This document shows positions 50,894 through 62,600 of a stretch of DNA of 64,000 nt, piece after piece. Source of the stretch: Myxococcota bacterium. Lineage in GTDB: Bacteria > Myxococcota_A > UBA9160 > UBA4427. Under the pieces are notes generated by a model. The model made no database searches. It was not told the DNA's origin and worked only from the letters and a program-made list of their open reading frames with translations. Position 1 is the stretch's first letter. Each line of letters starts with the position of its first letter. The stretch is taken from assembly GCA_036336835.1 (NCBI GenBank), contig JAYZFK010000062.1:192001-256000 (forward strand), written 5' to 3'. Position numbers and translations under genes: made by a program.

Positions 50894-51765
50894 GCCGTTT
50901 CCTCCTCCGAGATGCGGCCGGTGAAGACTTCCACAGCCGGGCCGGTCATGAACACGTGAGAGTCGTCGGTCTCCCAGACGATCTCGAGCTCGCCGCCGCG
51001 CAGCTCGATCGCGACCGTCCGGTCGACGACTCCCCGCAGCATCGCCGTCACCGCGACCGCGCAAGCACCGCTGCCGCACGCGAGCGTCTCGCCGGTACCG
51101 CGCTCCCAGGTGCGCTGTCGGATGCGGCTGCGCGACTCGATGCGGATGAACTCCACGTTGACACGGTTCGGAAACGCTTCGTGGTGCTCGATCCTCGGTC
51201 CCAACTCATCGACTGGAAAGGTTTCCGGGTCCGCGACCTCGATCACGCAGTGTGGATTGCCCAGCGAGGCGCAGGAGACGGTGAGGGACTCGTCCGGCTC
51301 GCCACCTGTCGAGTCGAACGGCAGCGGCACGTCGAGCACCGGCCCGTCGCCGGCACTCAGAAGGGTCGGGATCTTGGCGGGTTCGAGCACCGGCAGGCCC
51401 ATATCGACGCGCACCCGGCCCGGGCCGGCGCGGCGCGGCACGACGACGCCAGCGAGCGTCTCGACGCGTACCTCGTCGGCATCGGTGTGGCCGCGGGCCC
51501 GCAGGAACTCGTAGAAGGCGCGGATTCCGTTCGCGCACATCTCGACGCGCGAGCCGTCTGCATTGTAGATATCCATCCGAAAATCGGCGTCGGCGTCGGC
51601 GCCGGGCGTCGGGCGCTCGACCACCAGCACCTGGTCGGCGCCGATTCCGAAGTGGCGGTCGGCGATGCGCCGGCTGAACGCCTCGAGCGGCGGCAGCTGC
51701 TGGGCCGTTGCGTCGAGCACCACGAAGTCGTTGCCCGCACCGTGGAGCTTGGTGAACTCGATCAT
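50875..51765 (-). CDS. dapF: Diaminopimelate epimerase
   Basis: KLHGAGNDF, EMCANG, GNPH, NVEF and ERGTGETLACGSG motifs. Confidence 0.97.
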   Translation of the reverse strand: MIEFTKLHGAGNDFVVLDATAQQLPPLEAFSRRIADRHFGIGADQVLVVERPTPGADADADFRMDIYNADGSRVEMCANGIRAFYEFLRARGHTDADEVRVETLAGVVVPRRAGPGRVRVDMGLPVLEPAKIPTLLSAGDGPVLDVPLPFDSTGGEPDESLTVSCASLGNPHCVIEVADPETFPVDELGPRIEHHEAFPNRVNVEFIRIESRSRIRQRTWERGTGETLACGSGACAVAVTAMLRGVVDRTVAIELRGGELEIVWETDDSHVFMTGPAVEVFTGRISEEETACSKAS

Positions 51766-51923
51766 TGCTCGGACTCCACCGTCTCGGGCTCGTTGCCCTG
51801 CTCGGCGGCCGGCTGGCTGGCCTCGGTCACCTTCGGGTAGCGCTTCGGTGGCCCGTACATGCCGCAGCCTGCTGTCGCGCCGATCAGCCACCCGGCCAGT
51901 GCGAGCGCCGCCAGTCGCCGCAT
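51762..51923 (-). CDS. Small lipoprotein (LptM/YifL-like position and motif)
   Basis: Lipobox TAGC followed by GMYGPP; sits between argH and dapF with overlapping start/stop codons. Confidence 0.65.
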   Translation of the reverse strand: MRRLAALALAGWLIGATAGCGMYGPPKRYPKVTEASQPAAEQGNEPETVESEQ

Positions 51924-53359
51924 CACCCGGCCTCCTCCGCGTCGAGCTGGTTCAGCCTGGCACTGAGCTCGTTTCGCGTGCGCTCCCACTCCTCGGCCAC
52001 CCTCGCGCGCGCCGTGCCGCCGACCAGGCGCCTCGATTCGAAGCTTCCCTCGAGGTCGAGCAGCTCGTCGCAGCCGGCCGGGAAGGCGTCGTGGAAGCCG
52101 CGGAGCTCGTCGCGCGACAGCTGCCGCAGGTCGAGCTCGTGCTCGTTCACGTGCGCGACGATGCGGCCAACGGTCTCGTGGGCTTCGCGGAATGGGACGC
52201 CCGCGCGCACCAGCGCCTCGGCCAGGTCGGTTGCCAGCAGCATCGGGTCGGCTGCGGCCTCGCGCATGCGCTCGACACCGACCCGCAGGGTGGCGATCGC
52301 GCCGGCCATTACCGCGAGACTCGTGCGCAGCGTGTTGGCCGAGTCGAAGATCGGTTCCTTGTCCTCCTGCATGTCGCGGTTATAGGTGAGTGGGAGCCCC
52401 TTCATCACCGTCAGCAGCGACACCAGGTTGCCGATCGCGCGCCCCGCCTTGCCGCGCACCAGCTCGGGCACGTCGGGGTTCTTCTTCTGCGGCATCAGGC
52501 TCGAGCCGGTCGAGTAGGCGTCGGCCAGCTCGACGAAGCCGAACTCGCTGCTCGACCAGACCACGAGCTCCTCGGCGAGGCGCGACAGATGCACCATCGC
52601 GATCGCCGCCGCCGACAGGAACTCGAGCGCGACGTCGCGCGAGGCGACCGCATCCATACTGTTCCGCGTCGGCCCCTCGGAAAACCCCAGCGCCTCTGCG
52701 GTGTCCTCGCGATCGAGCGGCAGCGTCGAGCCGGCGAGTGCGCCGGCACCGAGCGGCGAGTGCCCGAGCCGCGCGCGCAGGTCCGCCATGCGCGCCGAAT
52801 CGCGCTGGAACATGGCCACGAATGCGAGCCAGTGGTGCGCCAGCCGGACTGGCTGGGCGCGCTGCAGGTGCGTGTAGCCCGGCAGCACCGTGTCGAAGTG
52901 CTCGCCGGCACGCTCGACGAGCACCTGCCCGAGCTCGAGCAGGCCCCGTTCGGCTGCGGCCGATGCATCGCGCAGATAGAGCGAGAGATCGGTCGCGACC
53001 TGGTCGTTGCGGCTGCGGCCAGTGTGGAGGCGCCCCGCAGCCGGGCCGATCCGCTCGCGCAGGCGCGACTCGATGTTCATGTGGATGTCTTCGAGCGCCG
53101 GGTCGAACGCGAACTCGCCAGCCTCGATCTCCGCCTCGATCGCCCGCAGCCCGGCCACGATCGCCTCCACGTCCTCCGGGGGGACGAGCTTGGTGCGCCC
53201 GAGCATGCGCGCATGGGCGATCGAGCCGCGGATGTCGTAGCGGGCGAGCGCCCGATCGAAGTGGATCGAGCTGCTGAAGGCCTCGACGGCCGGGTCGGTC
53301 GCTTCGCGGAAGCGTCCCCCCCACGGCTTGGCGGATTCGTTGCGGCTGCGCTCGGACAT
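51923..53359 (-). CDS. argH: Argininosuccinate lyase
   Basis: WGGRF, HTGRSRNDQ, GYTHLQ and GSSLMPQKKNPD motifs. Confidence 0.98.
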   Translation of the reverse strand: MSERSRNESAKPWGGRFREATDPAVEAFSSSIHFDRALARYDIRGSIAHARMLGRTKLVPPEDVEAIVAGLRAIEAEIEAGEFAFDPALEDIHMNIESRLRERIGPAAGRLHTGRSRNDQVATDLSLYLRDASAAAERGLLELGQVLVERAGEHFDTVLPGYTHLQRAQPVRLAHHWLAFVAMFQRDSARMADLRARLGHSPLGAGALAGSTLPLDREDTAEALGFSEGPTRNSMDAVASRDVALEFLSAAAIAMVHLSRLAEELVVWSSSEFGFVELADAYSTGSSLMPQKKNPDVPELVRGKAGRAIGNLVSLLTVMKGLPLTYNRDMQEDKEPIFDSANTLRTSLAVMAGAIATLRVGVERMREAAADPMLLATDLAEALVRAGVPFREAHETVGRIVAHVNEHELDLRQLSRDELRGFHDAFPAGCDELLDLEGSFESRRLVGGTARARVAEEWERTRNELSARLNQLDAEEAG

Positions 53360-53546
53360 GTCGGTAATCTCGCGACTTTCCGGTCGCTTGCCAAGCCGGG
53401 GGGTGTGACGGGCGCCACGCTGCCAGACGATCGTCCGAACGCTCTGGCAGCAGGGCTGGAACTGCGGGCTAGCCTTGGACTGTCGAATCAGGGGCTCGAC
53501 GGACTCGTCTCTCCGTCTCTTCAGTGGCCCTGGGGGGCTCGACCGG

Positions 53547-56003
53547 TTGGCATCGGGTACCGGCAAGAAGACGGGGCGCAAGAAGGCGTCCCGCAAGGCG
53601 CCCGCGCGCCCGGCACACGGCGGGCGCCGTCCTGTGCGTGCGAGGCGCCGGCAAAGGCGCTGGCGCCGCGACCACCTGAGACTCGCGCTGCGGATCGTGG
53701 CTGCCCTCGCCTTCGTCGCGGGCGTGGTCAGCGGGCGTTGGCTGCTGGGTCTCGACCAGACGGTCCGCGAGCGCTTCGAGGGGCGCCGCTTCCGCGTGCC
53801 CTCGCGCGTTTTCTCCGCTCCTACCATTCTCTATCCGGGCTTCAGCGCGCAGCGCTTCGACCTGAAGGGGCAGCTGCTGCGCCGCGGCTACCGCGAGCAG
53901 TCCGGCGCGCGCGGGACGCCGCTCGAGTCGGGCCGCTTCCGTTGGAGTCCGAATCGGGTGCGCGTCCATCTGCGCGCCTTCGAGCACCCGACCCGCTCCG
54001 AGCCCGCGCGCGACATCGTGATGCGGATCGCGCGAGGGCGTGTCGAGGAGATGCGTGAGCTCCCGCGCGGGCGAGAGGTGGGTGCGGTGCTGCTCGAGCC
54101 CGAACAGGTGGGTGCCTTCTACGGCAGTAGTCGCGAGCAGCGCGATCTGGTGCGGCTCGAAGACGTCCCGCCGCACCTGACCGATGCCATCCTCGCGGTC
54201 GAGGACCGGCGGTTCGAGTCGCACGTCGGGATCGACCCGGTGCGCATTGCCGGGGCGATGGTCGCCAATTTCCGGGCTGGTGGGATCACGCAAGGCGGCA
54301 GCACGCTCACCCAGCAGCTGGTGAAGAACTTCTTTCTCACGCCCGAGCGCACACTGCGCCGCAAGCTGACCGAGGCGGTGATGGCGCTGCTGGTCGAGGT
54401 CCGATACGACAAGCCGGCGATCCTGCAGGCCTACCTGAACGAGATCTACCTGGGCCGGCGCGGCTCGACGTCGGTCCACGGTGTGGGCGAGGCCTCGCGG
54501 TTCCTGTTCGGCAAGCGTGCTGCCGACCTCACGGTGTCCGAGTCGGCGCTGATTGCCGCGATCATCCAGAGCCCCAACCGGCTATCGCCGCACCGCAATC
54601 CGACCGTCGCGACACAGCGGCGCAACCTCGTGCTGCAGCTGATGCGCGAGCAGGAACGGATCGACTCGGCGACCCTCGCCGAGGCCGAGGCCGAGCCCCT
54701 CGGTGTGGCAGACATCGCCATCGACCCCGGCGACGCGCGCTACTTCCTCGATCTGCTGCGGCGCCAGCTGCCGGAGGTGTACGACAGTCAGGTGCTCGAG
54801 GCCGAGGGCCTGCGCATCTACTCGACGCTCGATCTGAGGTTGCAGCGCGCAGCCGCTCGGGCGCTCGAGAATGGGCTGACGGCGCTCGAGCGTGACTTCC
54901 CAGGGGTGAGGAGCGAGGACCCGGCGGACCGGCTGCAGGGCTGCGTACTGGCCTTGCGGCCCCAGACGGGAGAGATCCTGGCGCTCGTCGGCGGCCGAGA
55001 CTACGGGCTCTCGCAGTTCGACCGCTGTGCCCAGGCCCGCCGTCAAACCGGCAGCGTGTTCAAACCCTTCGTCTACGCCGCAGCACTCGACGCGAGTGCG
55101 GGCATACCCCACATCACGCTCGCCTCCTTCATCGAGGACGGGCCGCTCGAGGTCCAGACTCCTGCTGGGCCGTGGCGCCCCGAGAACTTCGACAAGAAGT
55201 TCCACGGCCGAGTCCCAGTCCGCGAGGCGATCGAACGCTCGATGAACGTCGCTGCCGCGCGCCTCGGCCAGGAGGTCGGGATCGATCAGGTCGTGGCCAT
55301 GGCGCGTCGACTCGGGGTCACGAGCAAGCTCCCGCGGGTGCCCAGCCTCGCCCTCGGCACGGCCGAGCTGTCGCCGCTCGAGGTCGCCCGCGCCTACGCG
55401 ACGCTGGCCAACGGCGGCCAGCGCCCCTGGCCCCACGCCCTCGAGGATGTCGTCGCTCCCGACGTTGGCACGCTGGATCGCCGCGAGCTGCGGTTCGAGC
55501 GCACGATCGACCCGGGGACTGCGTTCCTGACGACCGAGCTGCTGCGAGGTGTGGTCGACCGCGGTACCGCCCGCCGCATTCGCGCCATGGGGATGGAAGG
55601 TTCGATCGCCGGTAAGACGGGAACCACCGACGACGAGCGCGATCTGTGGTTCGTCGGCTTCACGCCGGAGCTGGTGACGGTCGTCTGGGTGGGCTTCGAT
55701 CAGCCGCGTTCCGTCGGGATCTCGAGCAGCCGCGCCGCGATCCCGATCTGGGTCGACTTCGTGAGCGAGGCGGTGGGCAAGCGCGTACGCGGGGTGTTTC
55801 CGCGGCCGCACGAGGTGCAGGCGTTCGCGATCGATCCGCGCAGTGGTGCGCTCGCGGCGGCGAGTTGTCCCAGCAGCCGGCGCGAGTACTTCCTCGCCGG
55901 AACCGAGCCGCGCGACATCTGCACTTTCGGCGGTGTGCGTCGCGCGGGCGACGCGCATCCGCGTCGTCGCCGCGGCATACTGGACTGGCTCAGGGGCCGA
56001 TAG
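53547..56003 (+). CDS. mrcB: Bifunctional penicillin-binding protein 1B
   Basis: Basic N-terminal tail, TM helix and UB2H-like region; EDRRF, QGGSTLTQQLVKN, SVFK, SMN and KTG motifs; start approximate. Confidence 0.9.
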   Translation: MASGTGKKTGRKKASRKAPARPAHGGRRPVRARRRQRRWRRDHLRLALRIVAALAFVAGVVSGRWLLGLDQTVRERFEGRRFRVPSRVFSAPTILYPGFSAQRFDLKGQLLRRGYREQSGARGTPLESGRFRWSPNRVRVHLRAFEHPTRSEPARDIVMRIARGRVEEMRELPRGREVGAVLLEPEQVGAFYGSSREQRDLVRLEDVPPHLTDAILAVEDRRFESHVGIDPVRIAGAMVANFRAGGITQGGSTLTQQLVKNFFLTPERTLRRKLTEAVMALLVEVRYDKPAILQAYLNEIYLGRRGSTSVHGVGEASRFLFGKRAADLTVSESALIAAIIQSPNRLSPHRNPTVATQRRNLVLQLMREQERIDSATLAEAEAEPLGVADIAIDPGDARYFLDLLRRQLPEVYDSQVLEAEGLRIYSTLDLRLQRAAARALENGLTALERDFPGVRSEDPADRLQGCVLALRPQTGEILALVGGRDYGLSQFDRCAQARRQTGSVFKPFVYAAALDASAGIPHITLASFIEDGPLEVQTPAGPWRPENFDKKFHGRVPVREAIERSMNVAAARLGQEVGIDQVVAMARRLGVTSKLPRVPSLALGTAELSPLEVARAYATLANGGQRPWPHALEDVVAPDVGTLDRRELRFERTIDPGTAFLTTELLRGVVDRGTARRIRAMGMEGSIAGKTGTTDDERDLWFVGFTPELVTVVWVGFDQPRSVGISSSRAAIPIWVDFVSEAVGKRVRGVFPRPHEVQAFAIDPRSGALAAASCPSSRREYFLAGTEPRDICTFGGVRRAGDAHPRRRRGILDWLRGR

Positions 56004-56023
56004 TCCAGCCCGTCGGAGAGGAG

Positions 56024-56557
56024 ATGCCTGGCACGCCGCGGCGCAGCCGATTTCGATCCACAGAGGCGATCCTGCTCGTCGTTCTCGGAGCGTTGTCTGG
56101 CGCGTGCGCCGCGTTGCCGGGTGCGCCGGGACGCGATCCTATCCATATCAGCGAACTCGTCGATCAGGGTGACCCCGTGCGTCGCGCATCTCAGCGGCTG
56201 CTGGTCGAGGGGCTCGAAGCCGACGCCGCAGGAGCGGACGCGCGGGCCAAGGGACGCTATGAGCGAGCAATCCAGCTCGACCCCACGAATCCCTACGCCT
56301 ATCTGACCTTCGCCCGATTCGAGGTCGAGCGGCGGCGGGCGACCCAGGCGCGCGCCTGGCTCGACCAGACGTATGCACTGTTCGATGCGGCGGGCGGTCT
56401 GCCCTCCCGGGTCGAGGCGCATGTCATCGGGCTCGGTGGTGCGGTGGAGGCGATCCGAGGCAACCGGACGGACGCAGCGCGAGATCTCGAGCGAGCGCGC
56501 CGGCTGGCACCCGTCGTGTGGGGCGATGCCTATCTCAGCGCTGAGGAGCTGCTGTGA
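56024..56557 (+). CDS. TPR lipoprotein, candidate LpoP-like PBP1B activator
   Basis: Lipobox LSGAC and TPR segment YERAIQLDPTNPYAYL; immediately downstream of mrcB. Confidence 0.7.
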   Translation: MPGTPRRSRFRSTEAILLVVLGALSGACAALPGAPGRDPIHISELVDQGDPVRRASQRLLVEGLEADAAGADARAKGRYERAIQLDPTNPYAYLTFARFEVERRRATQARAWLDQTYALFDAAGGLPSRVEAHVIGLGGAVEAIRGNRTDAARDLERARRLAPVVWGDAYLSAEELL

Positions 56558-57099
56558 GCCTGTTCACGCCCAAGATCCGGGTCTGGGCGACCCTGATGAC
56601 GCTGAGCTTTGCTGCGGATCGCCTGAGCAAGGCGTGGATCGAGAGCGGCTTCGCGCTCGGTGAGCAGCGGACCGTGGTCGAGGGGTTGTTCTACCTCACG
56701 CACGTTCGAAATCGCGGCGCCGCATTCGGCCTGTTCGCCGATGCGGACGCCGACGTGAAGACGGTCGTGTTCGCGGTGGCGGCGGCGCTGGCACTGGCCG
56801 TCGTGGTGGTCCATCTGGTCGGATTGGCCCCAGGAGACCGGCGTGTCGCGGCTGCGCTGGGTCTGGTTGCTGGGGGTGCACTCGGCAATCTGGTCGATCG
56901 GCTCCCGCCCTTTGGCCAAGGCGAGGTGATCGACTTCCTGCACTTCGATCTGTGGGGCGGCTATGACTGGCCCGACTTCAACCTGGCAGACGTGGCAATC
57001 GTACTCGGAGTGGCGGGCCTGCTCGTCGACATGATCGCCCGCGAGTCGGTTTCGCGGTCGCATCAGGAACCCATTGACCCAGATGAATCGCGCGTTTAG
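56554..57099 (+). CDS. lspA: Lipoprotein signal peptidase II
   Basis: DRLSK, NRGAAFG, GALGNLVDR, VIDF and FNLAD motifs. Confidence 0.96.
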   Translation: MSLFTPKIRVWATLMTLSFAADRLSKAWIESGFALGEQRTVVEGLFYLTHVRNRGAAFGLFADADADVKTVVFAVAAALALAVVVVHLVGLAPGDRRVAAALGLVAGGALGNLVDRLPPFGQGEVIDFLHFDLWGGYDWPDFNLADVAIVLGVAGLLVDMIARESVSRSHQEPIDPDESRV

Positions 57100-57285
57100 C
57101 GCACCGTTCGCTCACGGGAGCGCGCTCGACGCGAATCCACGAAAAAAATTCGTTCGCGACGACGATTCGAGTTGCACGCCGGTTGCGACCAGAAAGCTCA
57201 TTGTGTTCGGTGGGCTTCGTCGCAAACGGCGGACACAGCGAGGTGTCCGGTGCCGTCGAGCCAATGAAAATTACTCGATCGTTTC

Positions 57286-57313
57286 TTGACACCCGAGCGA
57301 TCGCTGGCAAGAT
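57286..57313 (+). promoter_or_regulatory. Candidate sigma70 promoter upstream of IclR
   Basis: TTGACA-N16-CAAGAT within the 424-nt intergenic region. Confidence 0.4.
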
Positions 57314-57523
57314 GCGCCTCGTCGACGGGGGGTGTTGGTGGTCGGTCCCTTGTCTCAACCATGTCGGTGCGAACTTGCTGCTTGCTTTTGCCTTGGCGAG
57401 GCGGACAGTACGCTGCAACTGGAGCATGTAGTGCTGCAGCATCTGGTGCGCTGAGGTGATCCGCGCCCTGACACGCACCGGAACGCGCTCGTCGCGGACT
57501 CTGCCTGGAGCGATGCCGATTCG

Positions 57524-58306
57524 ATGATGAAGCCCAAGAGCGATTACGTGATCCAGACAGTCCAGAATGCGATGAGACTGCTGGAATCCTTCCAGGACGA
57601 CATCGAGCTGGGAGTGAGTGAGCTCTCGCGCCGTCTCGGGCTGCACAAGAACAACGTGTTCCGGCTGCTCGCCACGCTCGAGCAGAGCGGGCACATCGAG
57701 CAGAGCGCGGCGACCGACCGCTATCGGCTGGGGCCGCGTTGCCTCGAGCTCGGTCGCTCGTTCGCGCGCGGCAGCCGTCTACTCGAGCGAGCGCGTCCGT
57801 TGCTCTCCGATCTCGCAAACGACCTGGGGGAGTCGGCTCACCTCGGCGTGATGCACAACTTCGAGGTCGTGCACCTCGATGGCGAGCAGCCTCGCCAGCT
57901 GGTGCTCGCCTCGTCGCGCGTCGGCGGGCGCATGCCGGTGCACTCGAGCGCGCTCGGCAAGGTGCTGATCGGCAATGCGGACGAAGCGACGCGCACCGAC
58001 TACGACACTCAGGTCGTCGCGCGGGGACTCGAGGCGCGCACCGATGGCACCATCACCGATCGAGACAAGCTGTTCGAGCACCTGCGCACGGTTGCTGTGC
58101 AGGGGTTTGCCCTCGACATCGACGAGTATGAGTTGGGACTGCGTTGCGCTGCTGCTCCGGTATTCGATGCGGAGGGGCGCTGCGTCGCCGGGTTGTCCGT
58201 GTCGGGTCCGGCCCCGCGCATGAGCGAGGACCGCCTGCATTGCGAGGTGGTCGAGGTGCTCACCGGGAGTGCCGATCGGCTCAGCGCACAACTCGGACGC
58301 TCCTAG
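57524..58306 (+). CDS. IclR-family transcriptional regulator
   Basis: [30 protein letters not shown] and GLRCAAAPV motifs. Confidence 0.95.
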   Translation: MMKPKSDYVIQTVQNAMRLLESFQDDIELGVSELSRRLGLHKNNVFRLLATLEQSGHIEQSAATDRYRLGPRCLELGRSFARGSRLLERARPLLSDLANDLGESAHLGVMHNFEVVHLDGEQPRQLVLASSRVGGRMPVHSSALGKVLIGNADEATRTDYDTQVVARGLEARTDGTITDRDKLFEHLRTVAVQGFALDIDEYELGLRCAAAPVFDAEGRCVAGLSVSGPAPRMSEDRLHCEVVEVLTGSADRLSAQLGRS

Positions 58307-58346
58307 CGGGCACCTTCCCCGGCCAGACCGGGCTAGTCTCGCCGCC

Positions 58347-59486
58347 ATGCATTTCCAGCTGAGCGACGAGCAGCTCGCACTACAGGAAACCGCCCGCCGC
58401 TTCGCGCGCGATCGAATTGCGCCGGTCGCCGCCGAGTACGATCAGAGCGGTGAGTTTCCCCGCGAGATCCTGGTAGAAGCAAGCGAGCTCGGGCTGCTCT
58501 CGACCTGTGTCCCCGTCGAGTACGGCGGCCTCGAGCTGCCACTGCTGGATCAGTGCGTGATGACCGAGGAGATCGCCTGGGGTTGCTCTGGCTTTGCCAC
58601 ATCGATCATGTGCAACGACCTTGCACTCTCGCCGATCCTGATCGGGGGGAGTGCGGACCAGCAGCGAGAGTGGTTCGGCCTGGTCCAGGACGGCTTCAAG
58701 CTGGCTTCGTTCTGTCTGTCGGAGCCCGGAGCAGGCTCCGACGTCGCCGGGCTGCAGCTGCAGGCCGAGCGCGATGGCGACGACTACGTCCTGAACGGCA
58801 CCAAGGCCTGGGTCACCAACGGCGGTGAGGCGGATCTCTACACCGTGTTCGCGACGCTCGATCGCTCGTCGCGTCACAAGGGGCTGTGTGCCTTCGTGGT
58901 GCCACGCGATGTGCCGGGGCTCGAGCCGGGCAAGAAGGAGGACAAGATGGGTCAGCGCGCGAGCGATACGCGCGTGATCCACTTCGACGGCGTGCGCGTA
59001 CCGGCGTCGCAGCGCCTCGGCGAGGAGGGTGCGGGCTTCGGGATCGCCATGCGCACACTCGATCGCTCGCGGCCGAGCATCGGCGCGATCGCGGTCGGTA
59101 TCGCCCAGCGCGCGCTCGACGAGAGTGTGGCCTACGCGCGCGAGCGCCAGGCCTTCGGTCAGCCAATCGGAGGCTTCCAGGCGGTCCAGTTCATGCTCGC
59201 GGACATGGCAAAGGACATCGAGGCGGGGCGCCTGCTCACGCGGCAGAGCGGTTGGCTGCTCGATCAGGGACGCAACGCATCGAAGGAGTCGTCGTGCGCG
59301 AAGTGCTTTGCGACCGACATGGCGATGCGGGCGACGACCGACGCGGTGCAGATCTTCGGCGGAAACGGGTACACGAGGGAGTACCCCGTCGAGAAGCTGA
59401 TGCGCGACGCCAAGCTGATGCAGATCTACGAGGGCACCAACCAGATTCAACGCCTGGTGATCGCCCGGGAGTTGCTGAGCGTCTAG
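58347..59486 (+). CDS. Acyl-CoA dehydrogenase
   Basis: [25 protein letters not shown] and [11 protein letters not shown] motifs. Confidence 0.96.
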   Translation: MHFQLSDEQLALQETARRFARDRIAPVAAEYDQSGEFPREILVEASELGLLSTCVPVEYGGLELPLLDQCVMTEEIAWGCSGFATSIMCNDLALSPILIGGSADQQREWFGLVQDGFKLASFCLSEPGAGSDVAGLQLQAERDGDDYVLNGTKAWVTNGGEADLYTVFATLDRSSRHKGLCAFVVPRDVPGLEPGKKEDKMGQRASDTRVIHFDGVRVPASQRLGEEGAGFGIAMRTLDRSRPSIGAIAVGIAQRALDESVAYARERQAFGQPIGGFQAVQFMLADMAKDIEAGRLLTRQSGWLLDQGRNASKESSCAKCFATDMAMRATTDAVQIFGGNGYTREYPVEKLMRDAKLMQIYEGTNQIQRLVIARELLSV

Positions 59487-59599
59487 GTGCTCGGTCCGCC
59501 GACTCCAGACCGACCGAAACCCTTGGAATCGTTGCTCTTTCGCTGAGTAGAACGCGTGATACACTGCGGGGCCGCTCGACGAGGAAACAAGCTGTGGGA

Positions 59600-60880
59600 A
59601 TGAAGGAAGAGGCGCTCGACTACCATCGTCGAGGTCGGCCGGGCAAGGTGAAGACCGTCCCGACGAAGCCGACCGTTACTGCCAACGACCTGTCGCTGGC
59701 GTACACACCGGGCGTGGCCGAGCCGTGCCGCGCGATCCACCAGACCCCCGGGGACATCTACCAGTACACCGCCAAGGGAAACCTGGTTGCGGTGGTCACG
59801 AACGGCACCGCGGTGCTGGGTCTGGGCAACATCGGTGCGGCAGCGAGCAAGCCCGTGATGGAAGGCAAGGGCGTGCTGTTCAAGCGTTTTGCCGACATCG
59901 ACGTGTTCGACATCGAGATCGACTCCGAGGACCCCGAGGACGTGATCCGGGTCTGCGAGCTGGTTGCGCCGACCTTCGGCGGCATCAACCTCGAGGATAT
60001 TCGGGCTCCGGAGTGCTTCGTGATCGAGAAGCGGCTCCGCGAGTCGCTCGATATCCCGGTGTTCCACGACGATCAACACGGGACGGCGATCATCTCCGGC
60101 GCCGCCCTGCTCAACGCCCTCGAGATCACTGGCCGCCGTATCGAGGAGACCCGAGTCGTGTTCTCGGGCGCCGGGGCCGCGGGGATCTCCTGTGCGCGGC
60201 TGTACTGCGCCCTCGGCGTCAGGCGCGAGCACATGCTGCTGTGCGACTCGCGCGGCGTGATCTACGAGGGCCGTGAGAGCGCTATCAACGAGTACAAGGC
60301 CGAGTTCTCGCGGGAGACCGAGGCGCGCACGCTTTCCGACGCACTGGATGGAGCAGATGTCTTCGTCGGCGTCTCGCAGGCGGGGCTCGTCACCCCCGAG
60401 ATGGTGAAGCGCATGGCCGGGAAGCCGATCATCTTTGCGATGGCCAACCCGGACCCCGAGATCCTGCCCGACGCGGTCGACGCCGTGCGCAGCGACGCGA
60501 TCACGGCGACCGGTCGTTCGGACTTCCACAATCAGGTCAACAATGTGCTGGGCTTCCCATTCATCTTCCGGGGAGCGCTCGACGTGTTGGCCACCGAGAT
60601 CAACGAGCCGATGAAGCTCGCGGCCGTGAGGGCGCTGGCGGAGCTGGCACAGCGCGGTGAGGCGGTGCCGGCAGCCGTCAAGCGCGCCTATCCGGACGAG
60701 TCGTTCGACTTCGGCCCGCGCTACATCATTCCAAAGCCGTTCGATCCGCGCGTGCTGCTCTATGTTTCACCCGCGGTGGCCCAGGCAGCGGTGGAGAGCG
60801 GCGTGGCGAGAAAGACCCTCGATCTGGCTGCCTATGGGCAGCAGCTCGAAGAGACCGTTACTGACCTGGCGCAGCTCTAG
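59600..60880 (+). CDS. maeB: NAD(P)-dependent malic enzyme (no phosphotransacetylase domain)
   Basis: [36 protein letters not shown] and NQVNN motifs; ~426 aa. Confidence 0.9.
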   Translation: MKEEALDYHRRGRPGKVKTVPTKPTVTANDLSLAYTPGVAEPCRAIHQTPGDIYQYTAKGNLVAVVTNGTAVLGLGNIGAAASKPVMEGKGVLFKRFADIDVFDIEIDSEDPEDVIRVCELVAPTFGGINLEDIRAPECFVIEKRLRESLDIPVFHDDQHGTAIISGAALLNALEITGRRIEETRVVFSGAGAAGISCARLYCALGVRREHMLLCDSRGVIYEGRESAINEYKAEFSRETEARTLSDALDGADVFVGVSQAGLVTPEMVKRMAGKPIIFAMANPDPEILPDAVDAVRSDAITATGRSDFHNQVNNVLGFPFIFRGALDVLATEINEPMKLAAVRALAELAQRGEAVPAAVKRAYPDESFDFGPRYIIPKPFDPRVLLYVSPAVAQAAVESGVARKTLDLAAYGQQLEETVTDLAQL

Positions 60881-60928
60881 CCCACTCCAACGGCGGCGCA
60901 GCGGCCGCTGAAGACCGTCCAACCGAGC

Positions 60929-62599
60929 ATGTCGACAGCGACCGAGTACAGCCTCGAGAACCCGCTCGCACCGACGCCGGTGGACCCGCCGACTGAGGGT
61001 GCACACCCGTCGGCTGCCACCTACGAGGAAGCCCTCGAGTTTGGCCGCGAGATGAATGAGCGGCCGACCCGCGGCGGCGGCGTGGGTCGCGTACGTGTCC
61101 AGCACGCGAAGCAGCGGATGACGGTGTTCGAGCGGATCAGGGTGCTGAGCGATCGCGAGCCGAACCTTCTGTGGCAGAACTGGGGACCGGCTCTGGACGG
61201 CGCTGCCCTGGTGACGGGGATCCTCGATATCGGCGGCCGCGACGTGGCGGTCTATGGCCACGACTTCACCCTGCGCGCGGGCTCGATGGACGCCACCAAT
61301 GGCGCCAAGCTGGCACGCCTGATCTATATGGCGGCCGAGCGCGGGATTCCGTTGATCGGCATGAACGATTCCGCCGGTGCCTTCGTGCCAGCCGGTGTTG
61401 GTGGCCTCGACGGGTACTCCGAGGCGTTCACGGCGCTGCGCAAGATCTCGGGGGTGGTGCCGAGCATCAGCCTGATGTTCGGCTACAACGCCGGCGGAGG
61501 TGCCTATCTGCCGCGCCAGGGCTCGTTCATGATCCAGTCCGAGGAGACATTCATCGGCCTCACCGGGCCGGGCGTCGTCAAGAGCGCGCTCGGCGAAGAC
61601 GTGACCGCGGACGACCTCGGTGGCCCGGGTGTGCACGGCGCCAATGGTGTGTGCGACCTGACGACCAACGACGAGCTGGCGTCACTGCGCACCGCGATTC
61701 GTCTGCTGTCCTATCTGCCTGACAACAACCACAGCTTGTCGCTCTACACGGAGACCAGCGATCCGGTGGATCGCTACACCGAGGAGGAGGACATCTTGTT
61801 CCGCCGGACGTTCGACTCCCCGGCGGGACTGAACGCGCCGCTCGAGATCACGCTCTTGATGCAGAACATCTGCGACCACGGCGAGTACTTCGAGCTGCAG
61901 CCTGGTCGCGCGCGCAACATGATTACCGCCTTCGGCCGGATTGGTGGCTGGGTGGTGGGGTTCGTTGCCAACAACTCGGCGGTGGCATCCGGGCAGATCG
62001 ACGTCGATGCGGCGCGCAAGGCGACGCGCTTCATCCGCTTCTGCAACCTCTACAACGTGCCGCTCATCTTCCTGGAGGACACGACGGGCTTCCTGCCGGG
62101 TACCGAGCAGGAGTCGCGCGGCATCATTCTCGAGGGTCGGCGGCTCCTGGACGCCATCATCGACGTGCGCGTGCCGTCGATGACGCTGATCATTCGCAAC
62201 GCCTTTGGTGGCGCCTACGCTGCCTACAACTCGCACTTCGTTGGCGCTGACCGCGTGTTCGCGATGCCGCACGCCCGGATTGCCGTGATGGGCTCGGGGG
62301 GGGGTAGCGAGTTCGTGTTCAAACAGGAGCTACGCGACATCGACCGGGCGTACCAGCAGGCGATCCAGGACGGGCAGTCGCTCGAGGAAGCCGCCCGGCT
62401 GCGCGACGCTGGGGTCGCGGGAGTCCGCGCGCGCTACGAGCACGAGCTGCTCAATCCCAAGGAAGCTCTGTCGCTCGGCTCGGTGTCGAGCATCGTCATG
62501 CCGGGGACCAGCCGGCGTGTGCTCGCGAAGAATCTCGCTTTCCTGATGCGTACCTATCAGCCCAGCGCGATGAGCGGGCCGCAGCGGGAGTCCGAATAG
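60929..62599 (+). CDS. Acyl-CoA carboxylase, carboxyltransferase subunit
   Basis: [35 protein letters not shown] and AFGGAY motifs. Confidence 0.9.
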   Translation: MSTATEYSLENPLAPTPVDPPTEGAHPSAATYEEALEFGREMNERPTRGGGVGRVRVQHAKQRMTVFERIRVLSDREPNLLWQNWGPALDGAALVTGILDIGGRDVAVYGHDFTLRAGSMDATNGAKLARLIYMAAERGIPLIGMNDSAGAFVPAGVGGLDGYSEAFTALRKISGVVPSISLMFGYNAGGGAYLPRQGSFMIQSEETFIGLTGPGVVKSALGEDVTADDLGGPGVHGANGVCDLTTNDELASLRTAIRLLSYLPDNNHSLSLYTETSDPVDRYTEEEDILFRRTFDSPAGLNAPLEITLLMQNICDHGEYFELQPGRARNMITAFGRIGGWVVGFVANNSAVASGQIDVDAARKATRFIRFCNLYNVPLIFLEDTTGFLPGTEQESRGIILEGRRLLDAIIDVRVPSMTLIIRNAFGGAYAAYNSHFVGADRVFAMPHARIAVMGSGGGSEFVFKQELRDIDRAYQQAIQDGQSLEEAARLRDAGVAGVRARYEHELLNPKEALSLGSVSSIVMPGTSRRVLAKNLAFLMRTYQPSAMSGPQRESE

Positions 62600-62600
62600 G

